Source of the DNA: Bacteroidia bacterium
GTDB taxonomy: Bacteria > Bacteroidota > Bacteroidia > NS11-12g > UBA9320
Direction of reading: 5' to 3'
Assembly (NCBI GenBank): GCA_028247315.1
Contig: JAOKFZ010000002.1
Span: 18,438-82,437 of the forward strand
Length of the DNA: 64,000 bases
The stretch's first letter is position 1. Each line of letters opens with the position of its first letter. The translations under genes and the position numbers were made by a program. Below are positions 1 through 9,571 of the stretch, piece after piece. The notes under the pieces were generated by a model, which searched no databases, was not told where the DNA came from, and was given only the letters and a program-made list of their open reading frames with translations.

Positions 1-598
1 GTGTCATACACATACATAAGTGCATATCTGCGTGCCAATAGGAAAAAACAAATACTCGCAAAAGCGGCTATGAAATGTATCGTGACAATACTTCCAATCA
101 AATTACTATGAACCACTATGGCACCGAGTAGTGCATTTATGAAGACAAAGATGAAACCAGCTAGCGTATACCACAATACGATTGGATTTGATCTAACGTA
201 TTTTAGACTCACAAGAAAACAGATGAATACAACAATGCCAGTAAGGGCACCCAACAGTCTGTTGATGTATTCAATGTAGGCTTTTACTACATTAAATTGA
301 TGCGAATGTTCTATTTGCGTGTCATTTCTGATTGCGTCTGCCTTTTCGTCAAAACCAATAAGATCCAATAGTGCTGTAAAACGCTCGGTTTTCTTTAGAC
401 GTTGATCTTTGAAATAAGCTTCATAATCTGCAGGTAATTCATTCTCAGAAATAGGAGGGACGTACTCTCCAAAGCACTTTGGCCAATCCGGACAACCCAT
501 ACCGCTTCCCGTACTCCGGACCAATCCTCCTATGACAAAAAGCATAAAGATAAGGAAGGTAGAGAGCCAGTTGAGTTTGAGGTATGATATATTTTTCA
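1..598 (-). CDS. ctaA: Heme A synthase (CtaA/COX15 family), N-terminal part; the C-terminus lies beyond the window start
   Basis: Minus-strand translation from the ATG at 598 gives MKNISYLKLNWLSTFLIFML..GLVRSTGSGMGCPDWP..., a heme A synthase signature. The ORF runs off the window edge, so it is absent from the ORF track. It lies directly downstream of coxI. Confidence 0.75.
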
Positions 599-616
599 TG
601 TTTTAAATTCTATGGC

Positions 617-657
617 AAAAAAAAAGCCGTCTCGCTATGAAGACGAGACGGCTTTTG
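617..657. terminator. Bidirectional rho-independent terminator hairpin between coxI and ctaA (gccgtctcg..cgagacggc, flanked by an A-run and a T-run)
   Basis: Perfect 9-bp stem at 626-634 / 644-652 with a 9-nt loop. On the minus strand it is followed by T9. Confidence 0.6.
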
Positions 658-669
658 ATGTCACACTAA

Positions 670-2562
670 TTAGACTGTGCGTGGTATAAACCAATTCTTT
701 ATTAGGGTAAAGAAATTTACCGTTTCATTTACAGGCTCATCTTCAGCAGAAGGAGTAAGTTTGGTTTCCGTCTCGAAGAGTTCTATTTCGTGATCTTCGT
801 CTGGAATATTTTGCATTTTAAAATCCTCTTCATAAGCTGGGTTACTGTAGTCATAAGCCCATCTGTATACCGTAGGGATTTCTCCTGGCCAGTTTCCATG
901 TATGCGTTCTACAGGTGTAGTCCATTCTAGTGTATTTGCTTCCCATGGATTTTGAGATGCTTTTTTACCGATGAATATACTCGAGAAGAAATTATATATG
1001 AATACTATCTGTGCAAGGCCACCAAGGATGGCAGCCATGGTCATTAGTACGTTTACATCTGCCCATACTCCGTATTCTGGTAAGAGTGTGAATGCGTAGT
1101 ATCTACGTGGAACACCTGCTAGTCCGATAAAGTGCATAGGGAAGAATACCAAGTAAGCAGATATAAATGTGAGCCAGAAGTGAATATAACCCAAAGGCTT
1201 ATTCATTAATCGCCCAAACATTTTTGGGAACCAATGATAGATACCTGCGAGCATACCAAATATAGCTGCACAACCCATTACAATGTGGAAGTGACCTACA
1301 ACAAAGTACGTATCATGTAATTGGATATCTAGTGTAGCATTACCTAAGAAGATACCTGTTAGACCTCCAGAGATAAAAAACGATACCAATCCAATGGCAA
1401 ACATCATAGCGTTTGTGAATCGGATATTTCCTCTCCAAAGTGTAGCTAGGTAGTTAAATGTCTTTACGGCAGAAGGAACCGCTATAATTAAGGTAGTTAC
1501 CAAGAATACGGCACCCAGTAATGGATTCATACCAGTGATAAACATATGGTGTCCCCAAACGATAAACGAAAGGAATGCTATACCAAGTAAGGATATAACC
1601 ATAGCTGTGTAACCAAATATGGGTTTACGTGAGTTAATAGCAATAACCTCTGATGTGATACCCAATGCTGGCATAATGATAATATATACCTCTGGATGAC
1701 CCAGGAACCAAAATAAATGCTGGAACAATACTGGACTACCCCCTGTGTGCTCTAATGCACCAGCAGAACCAAGATAAATATCCGATAAGTAGAAACTTGT
1801 TCCAAATCCTCTATCAAATAAAAGTAACAATCCTCCTCCTAATAGTACCGGGAAAGACAACAGTCCAAGAACAGCCGTAAGGAATAAAGCCCATACAGTA
1901 AGAGGTAGTCTTGTCATAGACATACCTTTTGTTCTCATATTAAGTACTGTGCTGATATAGTTGATACCACCCAGTAGTGATGATGCAATAAATAAAATTA
2001 TGGCAGAAAGCCATAATGTCATTCCCATTCCGGAACCCGGCATCGCTTTGGGTAGTGCACTCAATGGTGGGTATATTGTCCATCCACCAGAGGCTGGTCC
2101 CGTTTCTACAAACAATGAAGAAAGCAGAACAATACTACTTAAGAGGAAGAACCAGTAAGACAGCATATTCATAAATGGAGATGCCATATCTCTAGCACCT
2201 ATCTGTAAGGGTAGGAGTAAGTTAGCAAAAGTGCCACTTAGACCTGCAGTAAGCACATAAAATACCATGATAGTGCCGTGCATAGTAACTAAGGCCATAT
2301 AATATCCTGCATCAAGTTTGCCATCTGGAGCCCATTTGCTGCCAAACAACCACTCTAATATAGGGAAAGATGTATCTGGGTAAGCTAATTGGAGACGGAA
2401 AGCGATTGACATCCCCATTCCAATTAAACCCATTATAATACCTGTAATCAAAAATTGCTTCGAGATCATCTTATGATCCATACTGAAGACATACTTCGAT
2501 AGGAAGCTTTCTTCGTGGTGGTGATGATCGTCGGTGTGTGCGTGTGCTACTGCTGTACTCAT
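670..2562 (-). CDS. ctaD: Cytochrome c oxidase subunit I (heme-copper oxidase)
   Basis: 630 aa with 12+ TM helices. Heme-copper oxidase subunit I motifs are present (..WFFGHPEVYIIIMPALG.., HHMF, GMPRR-like). Confidence 0.95.
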   Translation of the reverse strand: MSTAVAHAHTDDHHHHEESFLSKYVFSMDHKMISKQFLITGIIMGLIGMGMSIAFRLQLAYPDTSFPILEWLFGSKWAPDGKLDAGYYMALVTMHGTIMVFYVLTAGLSGTFANLLLPLQIGARDMASPFMNMLSYWFFLLSSIVLLSSLFVETGPASGGWTIYPPLSALPKAMPGSGMGMTLWLSAIILFIASSLLGGINYISTVLNMRTKGMSMTRLPLTVWALFLTAVLGLLSFPVLLGGGLLLLFDRGFGTSFYLSDIYLGSAGALEHTGGSPVLFQHLFWFLGHPEVYIIIMPALGITSEVIAINSRKPIFGYTAMVISLLGIAFLSFIVWGHHMFITGMNPLLGAVFLVTTLIIAVPSAVKTFNYLATLWRGNIRFTNAMMFAIGLVSFFISGGLTGIFLGNATLDIQLHDTYFVVGHFHIVMGCAAIFGMLAGIYHWFPKMFGRLMNKPLGYIHFWLTFISAYLVFFPMHFIGLAGVPRRYYAFTLLPEYGVWADVNVLMTMAAILGGLAQIVFIYNFFSSIFIGKKASQNPWEANTLEWTTPVERIHGNWPGEIPTVYRWAYDYSNPAYEEDFKMQNIPDEDHEIELFETETKLTPSAEDEPVNETVNFFTLIKNWFIPRTV

Positions 2563-2584
2563 TTTGTTAATTTTATTCTGTAAA

Positions 2585-4357
2585 TTAATTTAATGCTACT
2601 GTTTCAGTACCTTCCTCAGTACTTTCTGTTTCCGCGTTTTCGGTTTCTTCTTTCTTAACAAACAAACCTGCTTGTTCGTTCATCCATTTATCATAAGAAA
2701 TTTGATCTTCTACTACAACCTTCATTTTCATGTTGAAGTGAGCGTTGCCACATATCTTGTTGCATACGAGATAGTAGTCAAATTCTGGATCGCCTTTTAT
2801 TAATCTCATGTCCTCAGTACTTTTTATAGGTCTGAAGGTGAACTCGGTAGGTAAACCGGGTACAACATTCATTTGAGTACGGAAGTAAGGTAGGTAAGCC
2901 GAGTGTATTACATCTCTCGCTCTGAATTTGAATGTGATTAACTCATCCTTTACTAGGTGTATTTCACCAACTACCTGATCATCGTCTCCTTTTCCAGTGA
3001 ACATACTACCTTCTTCAACCTTGAGAGCTCCTTTCAAACGTTCAATTTGTGTGTTTCTGGCACGTATAGTCAATCGCAAATCATCTTCCTTATCGCCAGA
3101 AGTATATTCGGCTATTTTTCTAAGACGAGCATCTCTGTCGTCGCCTACCAGTCCACCTAGTGTAGATTTAAGCTTAGCTAGCTCATGCGGTAACCTGTCA
3201 ATTGCCTCTTGGGTTGATACTATATCTTGTCCGAGCTCAGTAATTAGTCCCGTTGCGTGCTCTTTATTGGCCACACCCAATGGGTTCATGCCGTTGATGA
3301 GGTTGTAGTTGGCTGTACCTAGTTCACCATCAGCACCAGGATACCTTGCGTTCCATCCAAACTGGTAAGCAAACACTTCAATTTTTTTGGTATTTTCTCC
3401 TGCGTTACTTCTCAATATTTGGTTCCACATTTTGAAACCGCCAGAAACCAATACTGCAAGTACTATGGCTGGTATAATCGTCCACACATACTCCAAATTA
3501 TTGTTGTGAGAAAGAAAGTATGCTTTTCTACCTGGCTTTTGCCTGTATTTGAATGAAAAGTAAAACAGCAAAAACTGCGTAACAAAGAACACTGGTAGTG
3601 TTGCTGCAAATGTCCATTGCATCATTTTATCCAGCTCTATACCGTGCTCAGATGCAGACTCAGGTAATAAAAATTGCTTGTGAACACTGTACTCATACAA
3701 GACAAGTCCGAAGAAACCTACTAAGAATACAAGCATCATGTAGGCATTAATATTATTCCAATTAATTATTGCTTTGCCGGTAACATTGGATATCAGTTCT
3801 AGTATGCCGAAAATCATAAGGATAATTATGAATATCAAAAGACTCATTATAACGATTGCCCAGTTGATGTTGTTGAAGAGTGAATCTGGAATAGGCTCAG
3901 GATCTGGTAGCGATACAGGACCCTGGCCACCTTCAGTGGGGCCATCACCATCGTTGTCTATCCACATGAGTATTGAGTTTATATCGTCATCACTTAGGTT
4001 TTCAAAAATATTCATAGCTGCACCATTATACTCATCGTATATTGCGTTTGCTCTGGCATCTCCAGACTTAATTAATTTTTGATTGTTTTTTATCCAAGCA
4101 TTCAACCATTCATAATCTTGATCATACTTGTCGATAACTCCTGCTAAAGCAGGACCTACTACTTTACCTTTCAGTGCGTGGCAAGATGCACAGTTGGCGG
4201 CAAAAAGTGTACTTCCTTTTTCAATTAGCTCGTCTGTACCTTCAACACCGTTAATGGGTCTTGTTAAGACATTTTTGTAGGCAAAAGACTGCTGAACGAA
4301 GAATAATCCTAGAACTAGGAATAACCATTTCGATTGTTGTTTGAATTTTTTGGACAT
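2585..4357 (-). CDS. ctaC: Cytochrome c oxidase subunit II with an N-terminal mono-heme cytochrome c domain (CASCH) and a CuA cupredoxin domain
   Basis: Signal peptide, a CXXCH at about aa 56, two TM helices, and the CuA motif HSAYLP...CNKICGNAHFNM (C-x3-C-G-x2-H-x2-M). Total length is 590 aa. Confidence 0.9.
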   Translation of the reverse strand: MSKKFKQQSKWLFLVLGLFFVQQSFAYKNVLTRPINGVEGTDELIEKGSTLFAANCASCHALKGKVVGPALAGVIDKYDQDYEWLNAWIKNNQKLIKSGDARANAIYDEYNGAAMNIFENLSDDDINSILMWIDNDGDGPTEGGQGPVSLPDPEPIPDSLFNNINWAIVIMSLLIFIIILMIFGILELISNVTGKAIINWNNINAYMMLVFLVGFFGLVLYEYSVHKQFLLPESASEHGIELDKMMQWTFAATLPVFFVTQFLLFYFSFKYRQKPGRKAYFLSHNNNLEYVWTIIPAIVLAVLVSGGFKMWNQILRSNAGENTKKIEVFAYQFGWNARYPGADGELGTANYNLINGMNPLGVANKEHATGLITELGQDIVSTQEAIDRLPHELAKLKSTLGGLVGDDRDARLRKIAEYTSGDKEDDLRLTIRARNTQIERLKGALKVEEGSMFTGKGDDDQVVGEIHLVKDELITFKFRARDVIHSAYLPYFRTQMNVVPGLPTEFTFRPIKSTEDMRLIKGDPEFDYYLVCNKICGNAHFNMKMKVVVEDQISYDKWMNEQAGLFVKKEETENAETESTEEGTETVALN

Positions 4358-4506
4358 CTATACTCTGTTTTATTGAGTTCAATTTTGGTGAGGCAAAAAT
4401 ACCTTTTCTCGCACATTATTATAACACACAGAACACAAATAATACACATTCTAAAAACTTTTTAGACTGTATATAAATAGATTTTAAAATGAAGCGTTTA
4501 TAAACA

Positions 4507-4532
4507 CAAAAAGAGGGTAAAACCCTCTTTTT
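4507..4532. terminator. Hairpin plus T-run (aaaaagagggtaaaaccctctttttg), probable terminator of the upstream minus-strand glycosyltransferase gene
   Basis: A 7-bp GC-containing stem flanked by A5/T5. It sits between the glycosyltransferase stop and the coxII start. Confidence 0.5.
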
Positions 4533-4685
4533 GAAACCAAAAACTAAATATGAAGTATTGCGACTGCTTATTTACATTCAAACAGTAATAATAATCAATG
4601 TGCAAATTAAATGGCTATTTAATTGACTGTTTGTCACGGTATGGTCATTTCGCGTTTGAGTCGTTCAACTATACCATTGTTGCGA

Positions 4686-5744
4686 CTAAAGTAGGCTTGT
4701 GTAAATTTCTTCGTATTGTTCCAACAGTTTTGGGGTCTTAAAAATTGCTAAACGCTCTGTTATTTTACGTTCCAATTCGAGTCTATTCGTGGGCTCAAGT
4801 AAGGTTTTGAGTGCTAAGGATATGCTTGTGATCTCTGTAGGGTCAAAGTATATAGCAGCGTTGCCTCCTACTTCTGGCATACTGCTGATATTAGAGGTAG
4901 CTACGGTCTTGCCAAACGAAAAAGCTTCTAAAATAGGAATGCCAAAACCCTCAAATACGGAAGGATACACACAGAAAAGTGCATTGCGAAACAGTACACT
5001 CAATTCTTTGGCTTCTACATTTCGTCTTAGAACAATCCTTGGATTACCACTTGCGAGGTTTTGAACTTCTTTAAATGCGTCTCCACTATGACCAGCAATA
5101 ATCAACTTAGTAGTACAATTCTCTAGTGTGTTATAGGCTTTTACCAAGCGGGGGATATTCTTACGTTGACTAAAACCACTCACACACAACATGTAATCTC
5201 CATTGACATTTGACGTATCACTGGCAAAGTTTTTGGCTTGTAAACTTAGAGGAATTACTGCTATTTTATCGGCTAAAGTACCATAGAACGTAATAATATC
5301 TTCCTTCGTTTGCTCACTGGGTGTTATTATCTTAGCAGCGTGTTTCTGGGCATAGTATAGTTTCTTGTTGTATACAATACGATCTATTACTCCGTAATTT
5401 TCTGGATATCGCTTATTAATAAGATCATGTATCGTTACAACAGCTTTTATGTTGGTTTTGTGTATCCCAAAAGGGATCTCATTGCTCACTCCATGAAAAA
5501 TATCAATTTTATCCCTCTCGAGTTTAGAGCAAACAAATTTAGAACGCCAGAGACTCGGAGTTGCCTTGCCAATCCCCTTAGGATAGTGGAGTGGAAGGTC
5601 TACCTTTTGAGAAACTTCTTTAGGCTGATAGAGGTGATAATCAAACTTCTGACGCTGTGCAAGACCGTCAACTAGCCATCGTGCATAGTTTCCAAGTCCA
5701 CTGTTATTATTAAAATAGCGTTTTGCATCAAAGCCAATTTTCAT
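4686..5744 (-). CDS. Glycosyltransferase, GT4 / group 1 family
   Basis: 352 aa. The C-terminal E..G.P..EA glycosyl transferase group 1 pattern is present (VYPSVFEGFGIPILEAFSFG). Confidence 0.8.
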   Translation of the reverse strand: MKIGFDAKRYFNNNSGLGNYARWLVDGLAQRQKFDYHLYQPKEVSQKVDLPLHYPKGIGKATPSLWRSKFVCSKLERDKIDIFHGVSNEIPFGIHKTNIKAVVTIHDLINKRYPENYGVIDRIVYNKKLYYAQKHAAKIITPSEQTKEDIITFYGTLADKIAVIPLSLQAKNFASDTSNVNGDYMLCVSGFSQRKNIPRLVKAYNTLENCTTKLIIAGHSGDAFKEVQNLASGNPRIVLRRNVEAKELSVLFRNALFCVYPSVFEGFGIPILEAFSFGKTVATSNISSMPEVGGNAAIYFDPTEITSISLALKTLLEPTNRLELERKITERLAIFKTPKLLEQYEEIYTSLL

Positions 5745-5749
5745 AGTAT

Positions 5750-6559
5750 TTACACCGCTACTTGAAAATCACGGAGTACATCGTTTAGTGATGTCTTCTT
5801 ATCTGTAGATGCCTTACGTGTGCCAATAATAAGAGCACAATTTACTCCATAATTCCCAGCTGCAAATTCTTTTTGGATACTGCCTGGTATTACGACGCTT
5901 CTGGCTGGTACTCTTCCTTTGTATTCGATTGGTTCTGATCCTGATACATCGATAATTTTAGTACTCATGGTGAGCGTAACTCCAGCACCAATTACTGCTT
6001 CACTTTCTATGTGTACGCCTTCTACTATAATGCACCTGCTGCCAATGAAGCAATTGTCTTCTATGATAACGGGTGCTGCTTGCACAGGTTCCAATACTCC
6101 GCCAATTCCTACTCCACCACTCAGGTGAACATTTTTGCCTATTTGGGCACAACTTCCAACGGTGGCCCAAGTATCTACCATGGTTCCGCTGTCTACAAAT
6201 GCACCAATATTTACATAGCTAGGCATCATAACTACTCCGCGGGCGATGTGAGATCCGTAGCGGGCCACGGCATGGGGGACTACGCGTATACCTTGTGCTG
6301 CATAGTCTTTCTTGAGAGCCATTTTATCATGAAACTCAAATGGGCCAACTTCTATGGTCTCCATTTTTTGTATCGGAAAGTAAAGGATAACTGCTTTTTT
6401 CACCCAATCATTTACTCGCCATCCCTCGACTGTAGGTTCGGCACATCTCAATCTGCCTTTATCTATATCTTCAATTGCTGCTCGTATGGCGTCTTGAGTT
6501 TCTGAAAGCTCCAGTAGTGATCTGTCATCCCAAGCGGCTAGTATTATTTCCTTCTGCAT
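5750..6559 (-). CDS. dapD: 2,3,4,5-tetrahydropyridine-2,6-dicarboxylate N-succinyltransferase
   Basis: 269 aa. Left-handed beta-helix hexapeptide repeats and a DapD-like N-terminus. Confidence 0.85.
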   Translation of the reverse strand: MQKEIILAAWDDRSLLELSETQDAIRAAIEDIDKGRLRCAEPTVEGWRVNDWVKKAVILYFPIQKMETIEVGPFEFHDKMALKKDYAAQGIRVVPHAVARYGSHIARGVVMMPSYVNIGAFVDSGTMVDTWATVGSCAQIGKNVHLSGGVGIGGVLEPVQAAPVIIEDNCFIGSRCIIVEGVHIESEAVIGAGVTLTMSTKIIDVSGSEPIEYKGRVPARSVVIPGSIQKEFAAGNYGVNCALIIGTRKASTDKKTSLNDVLRDFQVAV

Positions 6560-6638
6560 ACTCCTATGTGATTGACCGCGAAGATATTGATAAATAGTAA
6601 AAAGAGGGGAAGGCTTAGGAAAAAATATAATGGTGTAG

Positions 6639-7136
6639 TTAAGAAAGGATAATACTCATTTTACCATCAACCTCTTCGTAAGATATATGTTCTTTTACGG
6701 TGGTGGCGAGGGAAATACCGACAAAATCGGCCTGTATAGGGAAAGTGTGGTGATCTCTATTCGCCAATACAGCTGTCTTCACTGTCTTGGGATTGTGATT
6801 TAATATTTCTTTAAGTGCAGCAGCCATGGTTCTTCCGGAGTTGAGAACATCATCTACTAGAATAACCGCTTTATTGGTTACTAATTCGCTTTTTTCTAAG
6901 GTAATCTCAGAAGCAAGTGCTTTTGTTTTGTCAAGATAAATAGGAGTAAGTTCTATGTGTATCTCTCCATATTTATCCAGTCTATTCTTTATCTTACCTG
7001 CTACGTCAAATCCTCTATCAGCTAAACCTACCAAAAGTATAGTTTTCACTCCATAGTGTTGCTCAAGTATTTGCCAAGCAATACGGTCTAGCTTTAGTGA
7101 TATCTCTTCATGGTTTAAAATAAGTGATTTTTCCAT
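6639..7136 (-). CDS. Phosphoribosyltransferase-domain protein, PyrR-like (pyrimidine operon regulator / uracil phosphoribosyltransferase family)
   Basis: 165 aa with the PRPP-binding motif VILVDDVLNSGRTMAAAL. Confidence 0.6.
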   Translation of the reverse strand: MEKSLILNHEEISLKLDRIAWQILEQHYGVKTILLVGLADRGFDVAGKIKNRLDKYGEIHIELTPIYLDKTKALASEITLEKSELVTNKAVILVDDVLNSGRTMAAALKEILNHNPKTVKTAVLANRDHHTFPIQADFVGISLATTVKEHISYEEVDGKMSIILS

Positions 7137-7139
7137 ACC

Positions 7140-7763
7140 TTATATTTTGAACGGCACTATACCTGATTCTCTGATGCCCAATATAGTGTGGTGTATGTCC
7201 ATGGCCTGATTGATAAGCGAATTTACACCGTCGTTGTAAATAACCCAGTCTGCTCTGCTCATTCGCTCGCGATCTGTAGTCTGATTTTGTATTCTTTTTA
7301 GTATATCTTCCCGTTTTACATGATCCCGTTTAATAATACGATCAATTCGTGTTTCTATTGGGCAGGTTACTACCATTATTCTGTGAAGAGATTTATAACT
7401 GTCTGTTTCAAACAGGAGTGCAGCTTCTTTAATGGAGTAGGGTTCTTCTTTGTGATCTATAGTCCACAGCTCGTAATCATTTTTTACGGCAGGATGTACA
7501 ATGCTATTCAGGACTCTAAGTTGTTCGTCATTATTGAATACAACCTTCGCCAAGTATTCACGGTTTAAATCATCCTTCCGGGTATAGCTGTCCCAACCAA
7601 AGTTCTCAGTTATTGCTTTTTTTAGTTCTGGATCATTTTTCATGAGCCACTTTGCTCTTGCATCCGCGTCGTATATAGGTATACCTAACTGACCAAAAAT
7701 CTTACAGATCGTAGATTTTCCAGCACCCATTCCGCCTGTAATACCAATTCTGAGATGCTGCAT
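7140..7763 (-). CDS. coaE: Dephospho-CoA kinase
   Basis: P-loop GITGGMGAGKST. The start is probably the internal Met (MQHLRIGITGG), which avoids an overlap with yajC. Confidence 0.85.
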   Translation of the reverse strand: MQHLRIGITGGMGAGKSTICKIFGQLGIPIYDADARAKWLMKNDPELKKAITENFGWDSYTRKDDLNREYLAKVVFNNDEQLRVLNSIVHPAVKNDYELWTIDHKEEPYSIKEAALLFETDSYKSLHRIMVVTCPIETRIDRIIKRDHVKREDILKRIQNQTTDRERMSRADWVIYNDGVNSLINQAMDIHHTILGIRESGIVPFKI

Positions 7764-7776
7764 TTTTGTTCCTTTG

Positions 7777-8061
7777 TTAATCTTCTTTAGGATTGGTTTC
7801 AAGCAGTGCAGATGCCTCCATATTTATGGCGGCTCTATTTATTTTTAACTTACTTCCTCCTCCGGTGTCTATAACGCAGGTGAGGTCTTTTAGTTCTGTT
7901 ATTTTTCCATGTATGCCACCAGTGGTAACTACTTTGTCTCCTTTTTTAAGGTCAGTTAAAAACTGCTGAAGTTTTTTCTTTTTCTTATTGTTCGGGATGT
8001 AAATAAAGAAGATAAAAACAACTGCTAAGCCAGCGTATATAAAAATTAAATTAGTCTCCAT
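7777..8061 (-). CDS. yajC: Preprotein translocase subunit YajC
   Basis: 94 aa, one TM helix, and a YajC-like KKGDKVVTTGGIHGKITEL motif. Confidence 0.85.
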   Translation of the reverse strand: METNLIFIYAGLAVVFIFFIYIPNNKKKKKLQQFLTDLKKGDKVVTTGGIHGKITELKDLTCVIDTGGGSKLKINRAAINMEASALLETNPKED

Positions 8062-8502
8062 TTATTGCTCTTTTTTCTTTACGAATACTTTTATCTGTAG
8101 AATAGTCTTTACTGGGTTTGTATTCGCTAAGATGGTGATATCCTTATTCACCATATCGCTTTTACCTGCACTATTAAATTCTACTTTTATTTCACCTTTT
8201 TCTCCAGGGGCAATTGGCTCTTTAGGCCAGTTTGGAATAGTACATCCACAACTAGCTGTGGCACTGCTTATTACTAAGTCGCTTTTGCCATCATTTACAA
8301 ATTTGAACGTGTGCTCTACCCGTTCTCCTTCTGTGATAGTTCCAAAATCCCATTGTGATTGGCTAAAAGACATTTTAGGCTCATTGGTATTGTTATTGTC
8401 TGTTTCTAGTACTGCGGTGTCCAAGCTGTTTACTTCTTTAGGTCCATTGTCACAAGCAGTAAATAGTGCTACTAAGACTAGGAGTGTAATTATGTTTTTC
8501 AT
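8062..8502 (-). CDS. DUF1573-domain lipoprotein
   Basis: Lipoprotein signal peptide (..LFTAC) and the ASCGCT motif typical of DUF1573. The nusB–DUF1573–yajC–coaE order is conserved in Bacteroidota. Confidence 0.65.
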   Translation of the reverse strand: MKNIITLLVLVALFTACDNGPKEVNSLDTAVLETDNNNTNEPKMSFSQSQWDFGTITEGERVEHTFKFVNDGKSDLVISSATASCGCTIPNWPKEPIAPGEKGEIKVEFNSAGKSDMVNKDITILANTNPVKTILQIKVFVKKKEQ

Positions 8503-8563
8503 GCTTTAAGTTTGTTTATTGTTATTGTGTTGTGTTTAGGATGCAAATTTAAACGATAAGTAC

Positions 8564-9502
8564 TTATCCAATTAATCCTCGACCTTTTTTCTGTATGATA
8601 TTTTGTTCTGTCCAGTCTTTTAGTATTCTATCCAGTGTACCGTTTAGAAATTTACTGCTCTTTGGTGTACTGTACATTTTTGCGATTTCAATGTACTCAT
8701 TCAGTGTCACTTTCACGGGTATCATTGGCATGTATTTAAATTCTAACAAAGCCATGGTTATGAGCATATAGTCTATTTTAGTAATACGTTCACTATCCCA
8801 TCCTGGTGTGTATTTGCTTATACTTTCGTCTATTTCTATTTTGTGAGCAAAATATACTTCAACCAACTCATCGGCCATTTGTAGATCCTCTCGTTCATTT
8901 TTAAAAAGTGCAGGAATACGTACTTCTTTGGCTTCATCGAAATGATCCATTACTTTTTCTATACTTTTGAGTATAGGAATTTTCTCGTCATACCAATAGA
9001 TATTTTTATCTTCCATGAGTTGTTCAAACTCAACCGATTCTAAGAGCAAATACGTGTAAAACGATCTGCTAAAATCAGCGTATGTAGCATCATCTAGGGG
9101 CAATGCCATGGCAAGTTTATAAAAGTCTGTTTCTTTTATGTCTTTGTACATCACAAAAACAGTGTCCTTGTCTACAAGCCAATCTATCGTAGGTCTTTGC
9201 GCATAGGTGTTCATCTCATTGTTATCGAGGAGTGTTTCTACGAAAGTGTTTTTGGTAATGAGATCAAAATTTTTGATGTCATCTTCTGAAGTTGTGAACT
9301 TAAAGTCCGTGGGATTATGCTCTGTTTCTATAAAATGAGCGAAGGCTGATAAGAAATTTAAAACAGCTAAGAGGTTGTTCCCCATACCGTGCATTGATTT
9401 TTTTACATTTTGAGCAATCACGGAGGGACTACTGTTTTCTTGTCCAAATTCACCAAAGAGAGCTTGGAACGTTTTAATGCGTATTAATCTTCTATTTAAC
9501 AT
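8564..9502 (-). CDS. nusB: Transcription antitermination factor NusB (long Bacteroidota form)
   Basis: The C-terminal region (NEYIEIAKMYSTPKSSKFLNGTLDRIL) matches the NusB fold, and synteny with yajC/coaE supports the call. Confidence 0.7.
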   Translation of the reverse strand: MLNRRLIRIKTFQALFGEFGQENSSPSVIAQNVKKSMHGMGNNLLAVLNFLSAFAHFIETEHNPTDFKFTTSEDDIKNFDLITKNTFVETLLDNNEMNTYAQRPTIDWLVDKDTVFVMYKDIKETDFYKLAMALPLDDATYADFSRSFYTYLLLESVEFEQLMEDKNIYWYDEKIPILKSIEKVMDHFDEAKEVRIPALFKNEREDLQMADELVEVYFAHKIEIDESISKYTPGWDSERITKIDYMLITMALLEFKYMPMIPVKVTLNEYIEIAKMYSTPKSSKFLNGTLDRILKDWTEQNIIQKKGRGLIG

Positions 9503-9571
9503 CGAATAATTTCAAAGAATTTATGGGACAAACCTACATTATTTTAGTAGCTATTAGACTACTTTTTCACA

